A stretch of DNA of 64,000 nt from a virus (IMGVR_UViG_3300027754_000041:1-64000); one strand, 5' to 3'; numbered from the stretch's first letter, positions 9,007 through 21,273 are shown. A program made the numbers and translations. The notes: generated by a model not told the origin, from the letters alone.

Positions 9007-11640
9007 ATGAACATGCCCTCTTATCAACCAGCCGTTCGTTTGCAATCCATGCACAACGGACCATTACGCAGTATTAATGATTATCAATTCGGTTTCTATG
9101 ATGTAGGCTTTAGCCGTAGAGCATTGCGATATCTATCCGAAGTTGAAAATGTAGAAAATCCAATATTCAGAATGGCTACACTGCCTATTCCTTCCAATAA
9201 AATTGAAGCTAAAATTGCAGAAGCATACATACGGAATCCTAAAATCTGCTATTCAGTAGTAGATAAGAATAAGATCGTTCTCGTTTCCATTAAAGGAAGC
9301 GATGGATGGCTTGATGTATATACTAAAATGGGTTTTGAAGTCCGTAGTGGCGACAAAACCGCTAAAAGACTTAAGACTTTTCACCGCGCCGCATTGCTAA
9401 ATGCTCACTTTGAAAAAGATGAACTTGGAGTTATGGTCGTCGACTCAGACGCCTACTCCTCATGGTCATATGACGATCCATCAGTTTCTGAATGGATTAA
9501 ATCAGAATACCCGAATATAGATACAGATGACCCTAAAGTTATCGACCGCCTTCTCGATGGCGGTTTTGTTATTTCACGTCGTATTATTGAACGTGCTACA
9601 CAAAATCTTCCAGTATATGAACCACACAAAACTCTTGACACTAAAGAATATTATTATGATTGGCGTGTACGAAAGAATTTCGTTAACGACATGATGGAAT
9701 GCTCTGTATTCAATGCCCGCATAGTATGCAGCCTTGGCTTCATTAAGGGCAATGCTATTGTTTCTGACAATATGCCCGAAGGTATTGATATCATTACATC
9801 TAAAGCTAATATCAAGTCTGAAATCATATATCACAACGGTTTTGACTTCTTGGCAGAACCTGTTGGATCGTATGAATCAGTACTTACCGACACTCAAACT
9901 GTAATTAATCTTCCCAAACTGTTTCCTATCGCCGATATGGAATACTGGCTTGACGAAGAGTATAAGAAGATCTTTGATCTTGCTATCACAGATAGGTTAC
10001 TAACTAACTGGCGTGCAGTTTACAAACGCCAATTCCGCAAGATTCACGAAGCGGAAGACGAAGAAGCATATGCCCGCATGAACTATGTGGGCTACCGTTG
10101 GCGTAAGCTCGGTATGAAGATAACTGATTCTCCATGGTTGTTTGAAACCTTGGCTATCAGTCATGCTCGACCATTCGCTGATTCATCTAAACCAAGAATA
10201 CCAATCCCTTGCACAGTAAGCGAGCAGGTTATTCCTGAATCATTAGCCCAAATGGCTGGCCATGATATCGAAGTTGAACAAGGCAAGATACGACGTATCG
10301 ACTCACTCGGTATACATGTCGTTAGTGACCTTGACTGGCTCGAGATGTACGAGAGCCATGGCGGTCACGACGAGGATGATTACTTCAAGCTATTCTATCG
10401 CACCATGCGTGGTGGCGAATATGATGGCAAACGAGTAGTTATAATTTGCCGTTCTCCTAATGATCACGGTGAGTACTCCATCTTCGAACACACCGAAGGT
10501 GACTGGTATCCTATATGGAAGGATTCTTCTGGAACTTCTTTTGAATTTCCTGAAGTTAACGGACGCGACTGGCCTAAGCGTCTAAGTAAAGCCATCCATG
10601 ATGGCGATATAACTTACTCTGGTCTTCCTTCTAAACTACTTAATAAACCAAAAAGAGAACCTAAACCATATTCCGCTGATGATGTCATCCAAGACATGCA
10701 TATTTCCATGGCTGGTGGACAAATTGGCGGATATGTTAACGCATGTATGATGCACTCATCAGTTATACATCGTCATCGCCCCAATCAGCTATGTACCCTA
10801 GAAACAGCTCTAGACAAATGCATTAACCCTGATTCTATTGAAGATGTTATTGCAATTGATCAAGAAGCTAACAATATCATGCGCCAAATCTTAGATAGCA
10901 AAACTCCTATTGATAGATTTGTTTGGGAAACTCGTGGTTCTGCACGCTTATTGGAAGTTGATGATGAACTCATTTTAGACGACAATGGCAAACTAAGCAT
11001 TATGTCTAAACTTTGCTATGATAAGTTTAATGAACATTGTCAACGCATTAAGCAGTGGTCGCAGGAAAATGCTAGACCACAAAATCCTCAACTACCACAA
11101 TTGGGTAACAGTCAAATGCAAATGTATTATCACGCTTTACCTATTGTCAATCAATTCCGTTCAGGAATTTGGTCAATCAACTCATCTGAAAGCACAGCTG
11201 AAAATGGTTCTATTGTTCGTAATTCATGGGAATATCTTTACTCTAAACAAGTAGATATTATCAATTCTCTTACAGTAGAATCTGATCGCCATGACTTCGT
11301 TCTTGCCCTTTATTCTGTATGTCTTAACGTACCGACTAAAGCTGGCAAGATTACAGATCATTACATGATGAATAGATTTGTATACCCTCACCTTGAAGCA
11401 GCTTTACAGTATTATGGAATTGGCAATGTTGTCAATTTCTTTATGCAACCAGACGGTGAAGTGCAAATTCTAGAAACTCGTGTTACTGAATGGAAATTTA
11501 CTGACCCAGATAACAATATCCACATCTTTACAGATCCAATTGAGTTTCAACAAGCACAATCGGTTTACTCTGAAATAGATTTCTCAATCAATTCCAGTGC
11601 TTTACCATCACAGGAATCTCGTACTACATCAAAATATTAA
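9007..11640 (+). CDS. 877-aa protein, possible divergent two-barrel (RdRP/YonO-like) polymerase
   Basis: R..SLGFIKG, KPRIPIP, GGHDEDD and IICRSP motifs; the function is inference only. Confidence 0.4.
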   Translation: MNMPSYQPAVRLQSMHNGPLRSINDYQFGFYDVGFSRRALRYLSEVENVENPIFRMATLPIPSNKIEAKIAEAYIRNPKICYSVVDKNKIVLVSIKGSDGWLDVYTKMGFEVRSGDKTAKRLKTFHRAALLNAHFEKDELGVMVVDSDAYSSWSYDDPSVSEWIKSEYPNIDTDDPKVIDRLLDGGFVISRRIIERATQNLPVYEPHKTLDTKEYYYDWRVRKNFVNDMMECSVFNARIVCSLGFIKGNAIVSDNMPEGIDIITSKANIKSEIIYHNGFDFLAEPVGSYESVLTDTQTVINLPKLFPIADMEYWLDEEYKKIFDLAITDRLLTNWRAVYKRQFRKIHEAEDEEAYARMNYVGYRWRKLGMKITDSPWLFETLAISHARPFADSSKPRIPIPCTVSEQVIPESLAQMAGHDIEVEQGKIRRIDSLGIHVVSDLDWLEMYESHGGHDEDDYFKLFYRTMRGGEYDGKRVVIICRSPNDHGEYSIFEHTEGDWYPIWKDSSGTSFEFPEVNGRDWPKRLSKAIHDGDITYSGLPSKLLNKPKREPKPYSADDVIQDMHISMAGGQIGGYVNACMMHSSVIHRHRPNQLCTLETALDKCINPDSIEDVIAIDQEANNIMRQILDSKTPIDRFVWETRGSARLLEVDDELILDDNGKLSIMSKLCYDKFNEHCQRIKQWSQENARPQNPQLPQLGNSQMQMYYHALPIVNQFRSGIWSINSSESTAENGSIVRNSWEYLYSKQVDIINSLTVESDRHDFVLALYSVCLNVPTKAGKITDHYMMNRFVYPHLEAALQYYGIGNVVNFFMQPDGEVQILETRVTEWKFTDPDNNIHIFTDPIEFQQAQSVYSEIDFSINSSALPSQESRTTSKY

Positions 11641-11649
11641 GGATACAAC

Positions 11650-11883
11650 ATGAAAATATCATCTAAGCTTGGCAAGTACACAGGTAAATTCTGTGGTTTT
11701 ATGAAACAAAAAGAAACACGCGCAGCGTGGTTGACCGCAGAATGGGCCGTAAGTACTGTAGCATTTGCTACAACAGCTTATGCATTGCTTTTAATTGGTT
11801 CACCATTATTAGCATTGCTTTTTGCAGCCATTTACACTTACGGCAGTTACGCATTGTTTTCAATAATGCTACCTAATTCATAA
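11650..11883 (+). CDS. Small membrane protein
   Basis: Two TM helices, AAGGA RBS. Confidence 0.7.
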   Translation: MKISSKLGKYTGKFCGFMKQKETRAAWLTAEWAVSTVAFATTAYALLLIGSPLLALLFAAIYTYGSYALFSIMLPNS

Positions 11884-11894
11884 AGGAAACTATA

Positions 11895-12500
11895 ATGAAC
11901 TCAATTAATTATACTGATCTTGTCGTTTACTGTCAGGAACCTAAAGACGAAATTGCTAACATAAGAAATTCTTTTTCTGAACATCTGCTTCTGGCAGACA
12001 AGCAAACCTTTAGACCTAAAGCTGTTTTCTTCGACTATCTTGGAAACAAAAAATTTGGTTTGTCCTCAAGACCATATAACGATATAAATGACCTTTATAC
12101 CGTAGTATCTGAAATGATGTATGCATATTCTGGCTTTAATGCCGGTTCATCCATACTAGTTTTAGATTCTAATTTAAATGACGATGGCCAAGATTCTTCT
12201 GGCGCCCTTGTCATATACTTTGTTTCATCTGACTCTGCGTGTTGCGTAAAGTTGTATTATAAACATTCTTCAGAAAATATTATTGAATGGATTGAATCAA
12301 AGGATAGTCATGAACTTATAGACACTAAATCTCAAGATTCTACAAATAGAATAATTGAAATATTATTTGTTCACAGCCACTTAGATAAAGCTCCATTTAC
12401 CAAAACAGAATTACTTTCCTATTACTCAATGAAAGGCTATAACTTTAGATCATTTAAAGATTTAAAAACATCTTACTTAGACTACAGTTTCAAGGCATAA
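11895..12500 (+). CDS. Hypothetical protein
   Basis: 201-aa ORF with RBS. Confidence 0.75.
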   Translation: MNSINYTDLVVYCQEPKDEIANIRNSFSEHLLLADKQTFRPKAVFFDYLGNKKFGLSSRPYNDINDLYTVVSEMMYAYSGFNAGSSILVLDSNLNDDGQDSSGALVIYFVSSDSACCVKLYYKHSSENIIEWIESKDSHELIDTKSQDSTNRIIEILFVHSHLDKAPFTKTELLSYYSMKGYNFRSFKDLKTSYLDYSFKA

Positions 12501-12684
12501 TATGAATATTAAACCATATGACAACAAAAAAATAATTAAAAAAGATTCAGATAAGTTTTGTTCTATAAACGAACATTCTGTATTAGTTTATACTATAATT
12601 GATAAAACATCAGAATATAAAACAGATCAAGTAGATGAACTAATGAACACCCAAAAATCTTTTTATTGGACGGAGTAATATTTA

Positions 12685-14364
12685 ATGAATATAAAATTAC
12701 GCCCATATCAAACAGAAGCTCTTGAATCTATACAGCTACATTTAGATAAAGGCGTAAAAAAGCAGCTTGTTGTTCTACCAACAGGTTCTGGTAAAACTGT
12801 TATCTTTAGCAATATACCACAAACTATAAAAGATAGTTTACCTATGCTCGTTCTCGCACATCGTGGAGAATTGCTTACTCAAGCTAAAGAAAAGATTCTT
12901 TGGTCAAATCCTCATTTGGATGTTCAAATAGAAAAAGCAGAAGATACAGCTGAGCTCTGCGATGTTGTTGTTGCGTCTGTACCAACATTGGGTAGAGCAG
13001 ATTCTGAAAGAATTAAAAAATACCCTAAAGATTACTTTAAAACTATTATAGTAGATGAAGCTCATCACGCAGCTGCTGAAACATATCGTAGAATACTTGA
13101 TTATTTTCAACCTACATTTCTTTTAGGAGTTACAGCTACTCCTCAAAGATCTGATTCAGTAAGACTAACTGATGTATTCGATGAAATTACTTACTATAAA
13201 ACAATCCAAGATTTGATTAAAGAAGGATATCTTTGTCGTCTCATTGGATACAGGATTCAAACAGACACAGACATATCTGAAGTGGAGACATCTCATGGCG
13301 ATTACATTGCTTCCCAGTTGGAAGAAACTATTAATACTCCTTTGCGCAACGCTACTGTTGTTAAAGCTTATCTCGAATTTGCGCCGCAGCAAAAAGCAGT
13401 CGTTTTCGCAAGCGGAATACAACATGCCGCCGACTTGGCCACATCCTTTGCGCAAAAGCAAATACCTGTACGAGTAGTAATTGGTTCTACTCCAGATGAA
13501 GAACGTGCTCAAACGTTAGCAGACTTTTCTTCTGGAAAAGTTAAAGTTATTGTTAATGTTGGAGTTCTTACTGAAGGCTTTGATGAACCATCTATTGGGG
13601 CTATCATATTAGCAAGACCTACTCGATCTACTTTGCTTTATACGCAAATTGTTGGTCGTGGCACAAGAATCTTTGAAGGCAAAGAACACTGTGTAATTAT
13701 AGATATAGCAGATACCACTAAAGGCAAGAAGCCTTTGGGCCTGCCAACTCTATTGGGCATGCCTCCTGAATTTGATTTGAAGGGCAATGATCTAATTGAC
13801 GTTGCCGAAAAATATAAAGAACTTGAAGATTACTGCCCCGGTGAAGCCGTCCGCGTATTATCCCCTGATGATATAACATTAGCATATAAGAGAATAGATC
13901 TCTTTATGCCACCACCACCTAACGAAATTGTTAAAACTTATTCTCGTTTTGTTTGGGCGGAAGTAGCAGATTCTGATTTCCATTTAGGTATCAACGAAAA
14001 TGAATCCATCAGAATACACATAGACCCACTTGGCAGATGGACAACCACTCTTAAGCAGCGTTCAAAAGGTGTTTCTGTTGATACTATACTTGGTCATCCT
14101 GAAGATATGCGCGAAGCATTCGTCCGCACTGATAGATGGATTACCAGCAATAGATCATACAGTCTTAACTTACTTGATAATAACGCTGCTTGGCGTTCTG
14201 ATTCACCTACTGATAAGCAAGCTAAAATGCTTAAAAGAATGGGTGTTCCGATTACTGCCGACATGACTAAGGGCACTGCTAGTCAAATCATAACTAAATA
14301 CTATGAAGCTAACCCTAAACCAAAATGGTTACAGAATAAAATAGCTTCAAAAAAATGGAATTAA
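12685..14364 (+). CDS. SF2 DEAH-box helicase (ResIII/Irc3-like)
   Basis: LRPYQ Q-motif, PTGSGKT, DEAHH, TAT, TEGFD, QIVGRGTR. Confidence 0.95.
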   Translation: MNIKLRPYQTEALESIQLHLDKGVKKQLVVLPTGSGKTVIFSNIPQTIKDSLPMLVLAHRGELLTQAKEKILWSNPHLDVQIEKAEDTAELCDVVVASVPTLGRADSERIKKYPKDYFKTIIVDEAHHAAAETYRRILDYFQPTFLLGVTATPQRSDSVRLTDVFDEITYYKTIQDLIKEGYLCRLIGYRIQTDTDISEVETSHGDYIASQLEETINTPLRNATVVKAYLEFAPQQKAVVFASGIQHAADLATSFAQKQIPVRVVIGSTPDEERAQTLADFSSGKVKVIVNVGVLTEGFDEPSIGAIILARPTRSTLLYTQIVGRGTRIFEGKEHCVIIDIADTTKGKKPLGLPTLLGMPPEFDLKGNDLIDVAEKYKELEDYCPGEAVRVLSPDDITLAYKRIDLFMPPPPNEIVKTYSRFVWAEVADSDFHLGINENESIRIHIDPLGRWTTTLKQRSKGVSVDTILGHPEDMREAFVRTDRWITSNRSYSLNLLDNNAAWRSDSPTDKQAKMLKRMGVPITADMTKGTASQIITKYYEANPKPKWLQNKIASKKWN

Positions 14365-14365
14365 C

Positions 14366-15116
14366 ATGAAAAGATATTCCATTGTACACCCTTCTGTAAC
14401 TCCAGAAGCTTACATTTTAGATAAAAGAGATAAAAGAAAAAACTATATAAAAGGTCTATATATACCTTCTAATCCTTCTGAGTTGATTAGAATTATATAT
14501 GCTCAAGCTGATTATGCTATTGAAGAATACATTGCTAGAAAAAATAAAGTAGAACGCATACCTATACATGATTCTTATCATATGTATGTTGACTTACATG
14601 CTTATGTTGACCCTTATGCAATTAATTTAGTTGCAACTCGTTTATTTAGACAATGCTTTTTAACTAATATTGGTTTACCTTCAAGCGAAATTGTTTATGG
14701 TCCTGCTCTTATATACGGTTCTTTACCAACTTCTTCATACACTTCTTATCTAGATAATTATTCAGTCCCATATGAACTTGTAGAACAAGTCTTTAGACTG
14801 TATGAAAATTATTGTTATGAAATGTAAAATCAAAAAAACGGGGAATACAAAATAACCCTATAATAAACAAGGAATAATTATGAGCTTAAATGTAATAATC
14901 GGTAATGATTTACTAGACGTTAAAAGAATAAATACTGCTATTGATAGATTGCGGGAATCCATTAAAACTGAAGAGGGCAAAATGATCTCTCATAAAGATC
15001 TTTTGACCGAAGACGCTATTTATTGGCTAGAAGGTATTTTAAATATTCTTACTAATAAAGATTTTGGTCAAGAAATGTATGACCCATCTGAATTAGTAGG
15101 AGAACTGACACCTTAA
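14366..15116 (+). CDS. Two hypothetical proteins (14366-14827, 14880-15116)
   Basis: Co-oriented ORFs with plausible starts. Confidence 0.65.
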
Positions 15117-15124
15117 TATACAAT

Positions 15125-15210
15125 GCCTAGGTGGCGGAATAGGTAGACGCAAGGGGCTTAAACCCCCTCGGCTAGAAATGGCCGTACGGGTTCGACCCCC
15201 GTCTTGGGCA
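15125..15210 (+). tRNA. tRNA-Leu(TAA)
   Basis: Class II cloverleaf with long variable arm; anticodon loop CTTAAAC. Confidence 0.92.
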
Positions 15211-15255
15211 CTATATAAATCATTGTAAACTACATAAACTACTAAAGGATCTGAA

Positions 15256-16698
15256 ATGCGGATTAAAGATCGTTGTATTAAAATAATTCTAACGTTAACT
15301 CTTATATTACCAGTATTTGTTAACTCAAAAATCAATGCTGTTTCAGCAGGAGATGTTGCTCCAGCTACTACTGGAGTTAAATTTTATCCTAGCTTATCTA
15401 ATGCAATCCCTACAATGGGTGCAAATATTGCTTTTGACAGCAACTATCAAGGCCAAGGATCATATATCGTGATCATTGATACTGGCATTGAAGCTGTTCA
15501 CTCCTTTGTGGGTGGTAGAGTTGCTCTCCAAGCATGCTTCTCTGTAAAGTGTCCTAACGGCCAAAATTCTATGGTAGGCTCCGGAGCAGCTGTACCCGTA
15601 CATTGGCACGGCACACACGTTGCAGGCATTGCTGGTGGCTATTTAAATGCTACCATGCATGGTGTTGCTCCTAAAGTTGGCATCATTGCTGTAAACGTTT
15701 TCGGCTATGACGGTTCTGCAAGCGATTCAGATATTGTTCGCGCCCTTCAATGGGTTGATTCTATATCTGGTCAATATAATATTGCAGCCGTCAACATGTC
15801 ACTTGGTTCTTCTGGTATATTTAGAACTTCATGCAATTCTTATTTACCTGAACTTACATCTATCATTGCTACATTAAAGTCTAAAAATATTGCTACTGTA
15901 GTTTCTGCCGGCAATGACGGACAGCAAGGCATGAACTCTCCTGCCTGTATCACTGATACTGTAAGTGTTGCTGCAACCTATACTAATTCTTCTGGTCAAG
16001 AAAAAATAACAGACTTCAGTAATGTTTTAGATATTACAGACCTTTCTGCTCCAGGCTTAAACATTAACTCCTCTAAGCTAATGGGAGCATACGGTGCTGC
16101 TTCTGGCACATCTATGTCTGCGCCCATGGTTACTGGTGCTTTTGCAGTTTATCGATCCAAGTATGGTGTTCAATCTGTAGACAAAGTAGTTTCTGATTTT
16201 CAGAACACTGGTGTCAACGTCACCGATGACTATACTAAGATAGTTACCAAAAGAATTGATTTTAGGACACTGTTTGCCAATGGCTCTACACTTCCTCCAA
16301 CAACAACTATTCCCTCACCTACAACTACCCTTCCTAATTCACCAACAACTACAACCGTTCCTTCTCCAACAACTACTGTTCTTGAAGATGATGATCAACC
16401 AGAAAACTTTTTAAATATTCCGTACATATCACAAATAAAGAAATATTCTTCTAGAGTAAATTATATCTATTTAGACTTTACCTACAGGTATACTGATATA
16501 CGTGTTTCAAATTATATTTTGACATGCCGATATACAGACGGTACTACCATAGATAAAGTTATTCCCAATAGAAATATGATGCACTCAGTTTATGTTATTC
16601 CTATGAATACTACTTCAATTAGATCTTGTAGAATGTTAGCTGTTTCTGCAGTTGACGCTTCTAAGGGTCAATACACTCCATACGTAAAGGTAAAGTAA
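15256..16698 (+). CDS. Secreted subtilisin-like S8 serine protease with Pro/Thr linker and C-terminal beta domain
   Basis: IIDTG, HGTHVAG, SAGN and SGTSMSAP motifs; signal peptide; PxTTT repeats. Confidence 0.93.
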   Translation: MRIKDRCIKIILTLTLILPVFVNSKINAVSAGDVAPATTGVKFYPSLSNAIPTMGANIAFDSNYQGQGSYIVIIDTGIEAVHSFVGGRVALQACFSVKCPNGQNSMVGSGAAVPVHWHGTHVAGIAGGYLNATMHGVAPKVGIIAVNVFGYDGSASDSDIVRALQWVDSISGQYNIAAVNMSLGSSGIFRTSCNSYLPELTSIIATLKSKNIATVVSAGNDGQQGMNSPACITDTVSVAATYTNSSGQEKITDFSNVLDITDLSAPGLNINSSKLMGAYGAASGTSMSAPMVTGAFAVYRSKYGVQSVDKVVSDFQNTGVNVTDDYTKIVTKRIDFRTLFANGSTLPPTTTIPSPTTTLPNSPTTTTVPSPTTTVLEDDDQPENFLNIPYISQIKKYSSRVNYIYLDFTYRYTDIRVSNYILTCRYTDGTTIDKVIPNRNMMHSVYVIPMNTTSIRSCRMLAVSAVDASKGQYTPYVKVK

Positions 16699-16790
16699 CA
16701 TGCTTAAATTTATAATATTCTCTTTGACAGCATTAGTTTTTATTTTGTTAATTCTTATCGATAAAAATAAAATTAATAAATAAAGACTAT

Positions 16791-16863
16791 TCCCAGATAG
16801 CTCAGATGGCAGAGCAGCGGACTGTTAATCCGCTTGTCGTAGGTTCGAGCCCTACTCTGGGAG
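16791..16863 (+). tRNA. tRNA-Asn(GTT)
   Basis: TCCCAGA/TCTGGGA acceptor; loop CTGTTAA. Confidence 0.93.
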
Positions 16864-17028
16864 CTATGATAAATCAAATTAAACACATAATCTTTCCCAA
16901 TGATTGGGACTATGATATCAGACCTATTATAATTTTTATGTCTGCTATTTTTTTAAATATAGTTTTTTATACTAGAAGTCAATGGAAATTCATAAAAAAA
17001 GATATCGATAGTGATTGGGAGTTATAAT

Positions 17029-17568
17029 ATGTCTGAACAAAAAAATAACATAGTAAATCTTTTAGATTACGCTGAAAAAGTTAAAAATAAAAAACAAAAT
17101 AAAAACCCTGTTTCTTCATCCGATTATGAAAAAATTGCTAAACAGTTTTTATTAGCTATACACGAAATGACTGATCCTGAATTTGCTACTATGTATGCAT
17201 TTCATGTAGGACCTGATCTTCGTGTAGATTTTATAGCACACGTAACAACATCAAAAGATATTTATCAAATGATTTTGACACAAGATGCACAAGATGCAGC
17301 TTTAAATTTTGATTATATCGCTCTTTTAACATATGGTTGGTCTGCTCCTATCCGAGTTGAAGCCGATATAGAAGATGAAATTCTCCCACCATCTGAACAT
17401 CCTGAAAGACGTAGAGTCAAGATGGTAATTTTCTCTGATAAGTTTGGTCAACAAATGTCTGCTATATCATTTAGAAGCGAAGATGATGAATATGTTTTAG
17501 AAGATTACTTGTTTGATGATTCTGGCACTGGTAGTTTATCCAACGCAATAAAAGCATTATACATTTAA
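17029..17568 (+). CDS. Hypothetical protein
   Basis: ORF with GGGAG RBS; PSEHPERRRV motif. Confidence 0.7.
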   Translation: MSEQKNNIVNLLDYAEKVKNKKQNKNPVSSSDYEKIAKQFLLAIHEMTDPEFATMYAFHVGPDLRVDFIAHVTTSKDIYQMILTQDAQDAALNFDYIALLTYGWSAPIRVEADIEDEILPPSEHPERRRVKMVIFSDKFGQQMSAISFRSEDDEYVLEDYLFDDSGTGSLSNAIKALYI

Positions 17569-17571
17569 TTT

Positions 17572-17644
17572 GCGCTTTTAGCTCAGCCGGTAGAGCACCG
17601 GACTTTTAATCCGTTGGTCCTGGGTTCGAACCCCAGAGAGCGCA
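17572..17644 (+). tRNA. tRNA-Lys(TTT)
   Basis: GCGCTTT/AGAGCGC acceptor; loop CTTTTAA. Confidence 0.92.
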
Positions 17645-17727
17645 CAAAGTGTTTGAAATAAAAACATACAGTGATATGTATTTTGGCACAAGAACTAAAA
17701 ATAAAAAAACAATTAGAAAGAAAACAC

Positions 17728-19577
17728 ATGCCACCACTAAAAAAGCAGAACAAAATAACCGCTAAAGATACTCGTACTCCAAACGAAATTGCTATTCAAT
17801 CAGCAATGACATCTCGTTACAATATTCTTACACCTATGTATAAAGCTCAGAATATTCGCATTAACAATCCTTTAACCGCTAAGGATCATTTGTTTAATGT
17901 AAAGGATTCTGCTTTCTTTGAAATGTTTTACGAACTTGCCGAATTGGGTCTTAAAGAAAAACTTTTTGATGAGCTCGAATCATTTATTGCAAACATTGAT
18001 CCTGATTGGCAAAGCGTTTACGCAGATATCGTTCAGTATTTTGAGGGCATGGAGGCTTCTTCTCATGCCTCTTAATGTAAAAGAAATTGTTAAAAAAAAT
18101 ATGGAAAACGCATACGAACGCAAAGAGGTGGCTATGGCTCATTCCAGTCTTGATTATAAATACTGGGATGGTTACATAGATGCCTTACAGTCTGTTTATA
18201 TTTGTCTTCCTGATTAGAGGATTTTATGCCAAGAATAAGAAAATCAACACCTGCAAGTAAAGCCCAAAATATTGCTAGTTCACGAGCTCATAGAGCACGC
18301 GAAAAAGCAAAGCGGGATGCATTTTTAAACCATATGGCTTCTAAAGATCCTTCTTGCTGCACGTATAGAGATTGTACAGTTATCTTAAACCGTTACAATA
18401 CTTCTAAAGTTTGCTATGCTCATCAAAGAGCTGCATTCAGAGAAATGCCTAGATCTAAATTTACTTTGCAGGATCTTTAATATGCTACATCCGCCGATAG
18501 AAGCTCGAAGCAAACTTCTTTACAGGTATTATGATGATACACGCAACATGGATACTATTACGTCTTTAATAAGATATAAACAGGCTATGCATTATTTGTA
18601 CAGAGAATATAATCCTTGGATGAAACCAGTCAAAATTACTCTTGATAACTGGCAGCACAATTAATTATTTTAGTTTAATGTTATCCCAATATAGCATGCG
18701 CGAAATATTGTTATATTCTTTATAATTATGTTCGTACTCGTAGGATTCTACGGCTTTCATTAAGCCTTTATGTACAGCTATTATTGCTAGTATTATTGTT
18801 AAAATTATAAGTGTTGTTATCATGCTTACATAGTATCATACTATCGCGTTATGCGAACCTACTAACTGGTAGTATCTCTAAAATAGATAGGAGCCATCTT
18901 TATGTCAGAACCTAAAAATGTTAATGTTACCATATCTAATGTAATATCTTGGTTTGAAGAATCTGAACAATGCATGTTGCATAACCACGCTGAGGTTATA
19001 CCTAACTCTCTTGATGATCCTATAAAAAAAGTAATTAAACTTTTAACTCAAAAAGCTAATGAGGCTGAACAACTTAGAGAATCAGCAGAAGCCGATGGTA
19101 ACAGCAATTATGATTACTGGGATGGATATCTAACAGCATTAGATTTTGCTATTGATTCATTCCCTGAAGGAGATTATCATGAATGAGCTACAACTTCAAG
19201 TTGGAAAGCTGATAGATAAGTTTTTGCCAAACTATTATAAGTCAGTAGATGTTGATGAAGGTTGGTATCAGATAGTTGTTGATTGCGACAATTTATTAAC
19301 TAAGATTGATCCTGATTATAAAATCGCGCAAATCAAACAAAAGTTTGGTGAACTACGTTATTACTTTCAACCATCAGATACTAACAATGGTGAACTATAT
19401 GTAAAAATGAATGCAGTTGTTTTGGCATACGAAAAAATTGCTTCAATTACTTGTGAAGCTACTGGTAATCCTGGTGTATTGATGAAATCTACAGGTGGAT
19501 GGTTTAAAACCCTTGACCCAGAATATGCTAAGTCAACGTTATTCTTTAAAAACTTTACTGTAGTTGAAAAGAATTAA
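17728..19577 (+). CDS. Run of small hypothetical ORFs (17728-18075, 18065-18217, 18226-18480, ~18482-18664, 18902-19186, 19179-19577)
   Basis: Packed co-oriented ORFs; the last has a QIKQKFGELRYY motif of a kind common in phage proteins. Confidence 0.65.
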
Positions 19578-19650
<73 letters not shown>

Positions 19651-19679
19651 CTATAACTATTATTAACAAAGGATATAAT

Positions 19680-21219
19680 ATGAGTAAAATAAATGCCAAT
19701 AAATTACGTAAAAAACTGCAGAAACTTATTCCTAATTCTTCTTTTGATAAAGATAATGAAGGTCAAGTTATTATCTATACAGGTTTAAAAGAAACAAAAG
19801 ACGGAAACTATAAGGAGTTAAAATGAACTTTAAAAAAGTTATTTCTTTCTATAAGATGAATCGTTTATGGGGTGACACTATCTGGCAAGCAGCATACTAT
19901 GCCTTGCGCGGCAAAGCATTTCTCGTTTCATATGAAGGCCGTCCCTTAACTGAACAAATACTTACTGAACTAAACCAAAATCCTGATACTGAAGATAAAT
20001 GGTGGCAGGCAATAAAATGAAAGTTTATGATTTATCTGAAAAACAACCATACATTAAACAAATGCCTAAAGGCGAATGCACTTATTGTGACCTAGAGTAT
20101 GATAAGCCTACTGGCTTGTTTCCACCTCACACAGCGTCTCCTAGGTGCCAATCAGGGCATTATAACCACTGTACCTGTGATACTTGTTTTTAATAATAAC
20201 AATTGGAGAGTACTTAATTATGAATCAAGCAAAAGTTTTTCAAATTACTGTAAAGAAATCAGATGACATAGATCAGTCAGCTGCAAATTATACTTTAGAA
20301 AATCTTTTAAAAAATTTACTTGAGCGCGGTCATTTCCTTAAAGTTATAGAAATAAAAGACATTGGAAAATCAAATGAAAGCTAATCATACAGATCATTAT
20401 ATTATTATTCTTATTTGTTCTTTCTTTATTTTCTTTTGTCCAGCTATTATTCTTCCCATAATATTTTATTTTGGTTTTAGAAGTATATATATAATAAATA
20501 AAAACAATCTTAAAGGAAAACAATGAACACTATCGAAATGCCTTTGCAGCCTTCAAACTATTATGGAAGTTCAAGAGCTTTAAATAATCTACAAATTGGC
20601 GATGTTCTTTATGTTGGGGATAGACTTACTGTAGTAGAAATGACAGTTCTTTCTATAGAAAAATCTAATAAAGATTCTACCTACTCTAAGGTTACTACCG
20701 ATAAAGCATTGCTCATAGTGTCAGAAAATTCACGTATTAATGTAGCCAGTAAGGACTAATGTTATGGGCATGGACGTTTACGGCACTGAGCCAAAAAATG
20801 AAAAAGGCGAATACTTTCGCAATAACGTTTGGTGGTGGCACCCTCTTTGGAGTTACTGCCAAGAAAATCATCCTAGTATAACAGCTTCTGTTCAAAACGG
20901 TCACGACAATAGTGGTGATGGATTAGGTGATGAAGATTCCATTAAACTTGGAATAGCTTTAAAGAAAGATATTGCCAGTGGAAAAACACTTGCTTATGAA
21001 GAAAAAAGAATAGCTTATCTTGCTGGTCTTCCGCTTGAACCATGCATATATTGTAAATCTACCGGTATCAGAAAAGATGCATATGTTGACGGTTTATGCA
21101 ATTCTTGTTCTGGTTCCGGTTCAGTTAAATCTTTTGAAACAAACTACCCTTTTAGTTCAGAAAATCTTCAAGAATTTGCTGAATTTCTAGTTAACTGTGG
21201 TGGTTTCTCTATTTGCTGA
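19680..21219 (+). CDS. Run of small hypothetical ORFs; 20764-21219 has CxxCxxxG Zn-finger repeats
   Basis: Packed ORFs with RBSs; CIYCKSTG and CNSCSGSG. Confidence 0.65.
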
Positions 21220-21273
21220 TATAATAGGAGTTATGAATATGACTATAGGAATCTTTGATCGAATATAAAGCTC

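Noticed and set aside
15093-15335. ORFs overlapping tRNAs (also 16806, 19620 and 40717-40941)
   Set aside because: They translate through tRNA genes; real starts lie downstream (16866, 19680) or the ORF is spurious.
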